64,000 nt of DNA from the human T2T-CHM13v2.0 reference genome, Homo sapiens. The first letter of the stretch is position 1, and every line of letters starts with the position of its first letter. The stretch is from assembly GCF_009914755.1 (NCBI RefSeq), contig NC_060945.1. One strand, 5' to 3'. The translations under genes and the position numbers were made by a program. Below are positions 61,829-64,000 of the stretch, piece by piece. A model generated the notes under the pieces. It did no database searches. It saw only the letters and a list, made by a program, of their open reading frames with translations, and was not told the DNA's origin.

Positions 61829-64000
61829 AGAAGTTCACCTCTGTGAGATGAATGCACACATCACAAAGAAGTTTCTCAGAATGCATCTGTCTAGTTTTTA
61901 TGTGAAGATATTTCCTTTTCCACCATAGGAGGCAAACTTCTCCAAATATACATTTGCAGATGCTACAAAAAGAGTGTTTCAAAACTACTCAACGAAAAGA
62001 AAGGTTCAACTCTGTGAGATGAGTGCACACATCACAGAGAAGTTTCTCAGAATGCTTCTGTCTAGTTTTTATGTGAATAGGTTTGTTTTACACCATAGGC
62101 CTCTAAGCGCTTCAAATATCCACTTGCAGATTCACCAAAAACAGTGTTTCAAAACTGTTCAATCAAAGGAAAGGTTTAAATCTGTGAGATGAATGCACAC
62201 ATCACAAAGAAGTTTCTTAAAATGCATCTGTCTAGTTTTGATGCAAAGATATTTGCTTTTCCACCAAAGGCCTAAAAGCACTCCAAATATTCACTTGCAG
62301 ATTTTACAAAAAGAGTGTTTCAAAACTGCTCAATCAAAAGAAAGGTTCAACTCTGTGAGATGAATACACAAATCACAGAGAAATTTCTCAGAATGCTTCT
62401 GTCTAGTTTATATGTGAAGATATTTCCTTTTACACCATAGACCTCAAACCGCTTCAAATATCCATTTACAGATACTACAAAAAGAGTGTTTCAAAACTGC
62501 TCAATCAAAAGAAAGGTTCAACTCTGTCACATGAACGCGCACATCACAAAGAAGTTTTTCATAATTCTTCCGTCTAGTTTTTATGTGAAGATACTTCCTT
62601 TTACACCGTATGCAGCAAAGCGCTCCAAATACCCTCCTGCAGATTCTACAAAATGAGTGTTTCAACACTACTCAATCAAAAGAAAGTTCCACTCTGTGAG
62701 ATGAATGCACACATCACAAAGAAATTTCTCAGAATGCTTCTGTGTAGTTTTTATGTGATGATATTTCCTTTTCCACAATAGGCCTTAAAGCACTCCAAAT
62801 ATCCACTTGCAGATTCTACAAAGGAGTGTGTCAAAACTGTGCAATCAAAAGAAAGATTTAACTCTGTGAGATGAATGCACACATCACCAAGAACTTTCTC
62901 AGAATGCTTCTGTCTAGTTTTTATGTGAAGATATTTCCATTTCCACTGTGGGCCACAAAGGGCTCCAAATATCCACTTGCAGATTCTACAAAAAGAGTGT
63001 TTCAAAACTGCTAAATCAAAAGAAAGATTCTACTCTGTGAGTTGAATGCACACATCAAAGAAGTTTCTCAGAGTGCTTCCATCAAGTTTTTATGTGGAGA
63101 TATTTCCTTTTCCACCATAGGCCCCTAAGCGCTCCAAATATCCGCTTGCAAATTCTACAAAAAGAATGTTTGAAAACTGCTGAATCAAAAGAAAGGTTCA
63201 CCACTGTAAGATGAATGTGCACCTCACAAAGAAGTTTCTCAGAAAGATTCTGTCTAGTTTTTATGTGAAGATATATCCTTTTGCACCGTAGACCTCAAAA
63301 CGATCCATATATCCATTTGCAGATTCTACAAAAAGAGTGTTTCAAAACTGCTCAATCAAAAGAAAGGTTAAGTTCTGTGAGATGAATGCACACATTACAA
63401 AGAAGTTTCTCAGAATGCTGCTGTCTAGTTTTTATGTGAAGATGTTTCATTTTCCACCATATGCCTCAAAGTGCTCTAAATATCCACTTGCAGATTATAC
63501 AAAAAGAGTGTTTCAAAACAGCTCAATCAAAAGAAATGTTCAACTCTGTGAGATGAATGCAGACATCACAAAGAAGTTTCTCAGATTGCTTCTGTCTAGT
63601 TTTTATGTGAAGATATTTATTTTCCACCATAGGCCGCAAAGCACTCCAAATATCCACTTGCAGATTCTACAAAAAGAGTGTTTCAAAAGGCTAAATGAAA
63701 AGAAAGGTTCAACTCTGTGATATATATGCACACATCACAAAGAAGTTTCTCAGAATGCTTTTGTCTACTATTTATGTGAAGGTATTTCCTTTTCCAAAAT
63801 ATGCCCCAAAGTACTCCTATTATCCACAGGCAGATTCTACAAAAAGAGTGTCTCAAAATTGCTCAATCAAAAGAAAATTTCAACTCTGTGAGATGAATGC
63901 AAACATCACAAAGAAGTTTCTCAGAATGCTTCTGTCTAGTTTTTAAGTGAAGATATTTCCTTTTCCTCCATAGGCGTCAAAGTGCTCCAAATATCCTCTA
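61829..64000. repeat. Monomeric alpha satellite (~171 bp, ~12.7 monomers), no CENP-B boxes
   Basis: ctctgtgagatgaatgcacacatcacaaagaagtttctcagaatg recurs every ~170-171 bp; box position reads tttccttttccaccata (pJalpha/A type), not TCCCGTTTCCAACGAA. Confidence 0.98.

Noticed and set aside
61974-63946. Repeating ORFs in the terminal array
   Set aside because: Translations of alpha satellite monomers

Overview
Primate (human-like) non-coding genomic DNA at a pericentromeric transition. No intact protein-coding gene, tRNA, rRNA or CRISPR array is supportable. About 1-45.9 kb is a mosaic of old interspersed repeats (L1M, L2, MIR, MLT/MST, MER2B, MER119, MER30, AluJ/S, a nested Ricksha/FLAM/THE1 stack) plus unique DNA. 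45.9-60.5 kb is almost all L1, and monomeric alpha satellite without CENP-B boxes runs from about 61.83 kb to the end. The most notable structures are: (i) a full-length 7SL/SRP RNA retropseudogene with a 31-32 bp internal segment amplified into a 9-copy minisatellite; (ii) a TSD-flanked ~1.47 kb retrocopy of apparently non-coding, 3'UTR-like RNA; (iii) a younger L1 with a 3' transduction nested in a full-length L1PA4-like element, the two sharing many non-consensus variants and the outer element lacking matching flanks; (iv) a CpG-decayed promoter-like island with candidate splice sites between two diverged ~410 bp direct repeats. Repeat family and subfamily calls come from recalled consensus sequences, not a database run, and boundaries of old repeats are approximate. 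I found no evidence of a novel protein-coding system.
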